In this document: piece after piece, positions 63,331-64,000 of the stretch
How positions within the stretch are numbered: position 1 is the stretch's first letter
How the letters are laid out: each line of letters opens with the position of its first letter
Source of the DNA: Scyliorhinus canicula
Lineage: Eukaryota
Assembly: GCF_902713615.1 (NCBI RefSeq)
Contig: NC_052170.1
Coordinates: 9,100,744-9,164,743 of the forward strand
Direction: 5' to 3'
DNA: 64,000 bases
Program-made: the position numbers and the translations under genes
The notes under the pieces: model-generated
The model's input: only the letters and a program-made list of their open reading frames with translations
Database searches by the model: none
Told to the model about the DNA's origin: nothing

Positions 63331-63628
63331 GGAGCAGCACGGCAGCACAAGTGGATAGCACTGTGGCTTCACAGCCCCAGGGTCCCAGGTTCGAGTCCCC
63401 GCTGGGTCACTGTGCGGAGTCTGTACGTTGTCTGCGTGGGTTTCCTCCGGGTGCAGACCAAAGACATGCAGGTTGGGTGGATTGGCCATGCTAAATTTCC
63501 CTTAGTGACCAAAAAAAAATGTTTGATGGGATTATTGGGTTAAGGGGATAGGGTGGAAGTGTGGGCTTAAGTGGATTGGTACAGACTCGATGGGCAGAAT
63601 GGCCTCCTTCTGCACTCTATGTTCTATG
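63331..63628 (+). mobile_element. HE1 SINE
   Basis: Head, internally deleted V-domain and tail. Confidence 0.88.
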
Positions 63629-63903
63629 TATTGTCAGTAGGCTCGATCACCTTAATTCAGTTGGCAGCACTCACCCCTGAGTTGGAAGCCACTCTGTGTT
63701 GAGTCCACAATTGGCGCACAATGTCAGCCGATCTGCCATTGCTGTTGGATGTGCGAGGCCTATCTTCTCTGGTGAGTCTGAAAAATTTCATGCCAGTTAT
63801 TCAAAGAGTGAGGGGTTCTCTTGGATTTTCTGACCAATACGTTTCCGTCAACCGGTATCGCTTGAGAACAGATTGTCTGGTGATTTATACATTGCCCGAT
63901 GGA

Positions 63904-64000
63904 AGTAGTTGGAAAAGTGCGTAAGCCGGGTGGGAGGGATCCTTGATTATGCTGCCCGCTTTCCCCTGGCAGGAGGTGTAGATGGAGTCCATGAATGGGA
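63904..64000 (-). mobile_element. Rex1/Babar fragment (cut by the window end)
   Basis: Reverse complement matches 29040-29140. Confidence 0.75.

Noticed and set aside
3137-63628. Many recurring 60-140-aa ORFs (SLSVWSLHILPVSAWV etc.) and tRNA-like sequences
   Set aside because: Translations and heads of SINEs; not proteins or true tRNA genes.

Overview
Vertebrate genomic DNA, almost certainly a shark or other elasmobranch (dense HE1/V-SINEs with CR1 partner LINEs). All gene models and alignments were made by eye, and repeat boundaries are approximate unless a TSD or TIR is quoted. A CpG-rich promoter at ~48.4-49.1 kb sits between two head-to-head genes. On the + strand are the first four coding exons of HOOK2 (49087-62117; the gene continues past the window). 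On the - strand is a gene I cannot name: a predicted non-coding exon 1 plus five in-frame coding exons (ATG 43440, stop 34004, 342 aa). Its last exon encodes 6 canonical and 2 degenerate 23-aa STPR-type repeats (FMBP-1/ZNF821-like) with no zinc finger or AT-hook, and its ATG exon is an internal duplicate of exon 5. The shared promoter is itself a degenerate ~39-bp tandem array of NRF1 and Sp/KLF motifs. The rest is mostly transposon-derived: about 30 HE1-type SINEs, two other SINE families, CR1, L2, Rex1, Penelope-like pieces, hAT/Harbinger-like MITEs, and a decayed R2-clade element with no rDNA context. There are also several minisatellites and one assembly gap (60172-60485).
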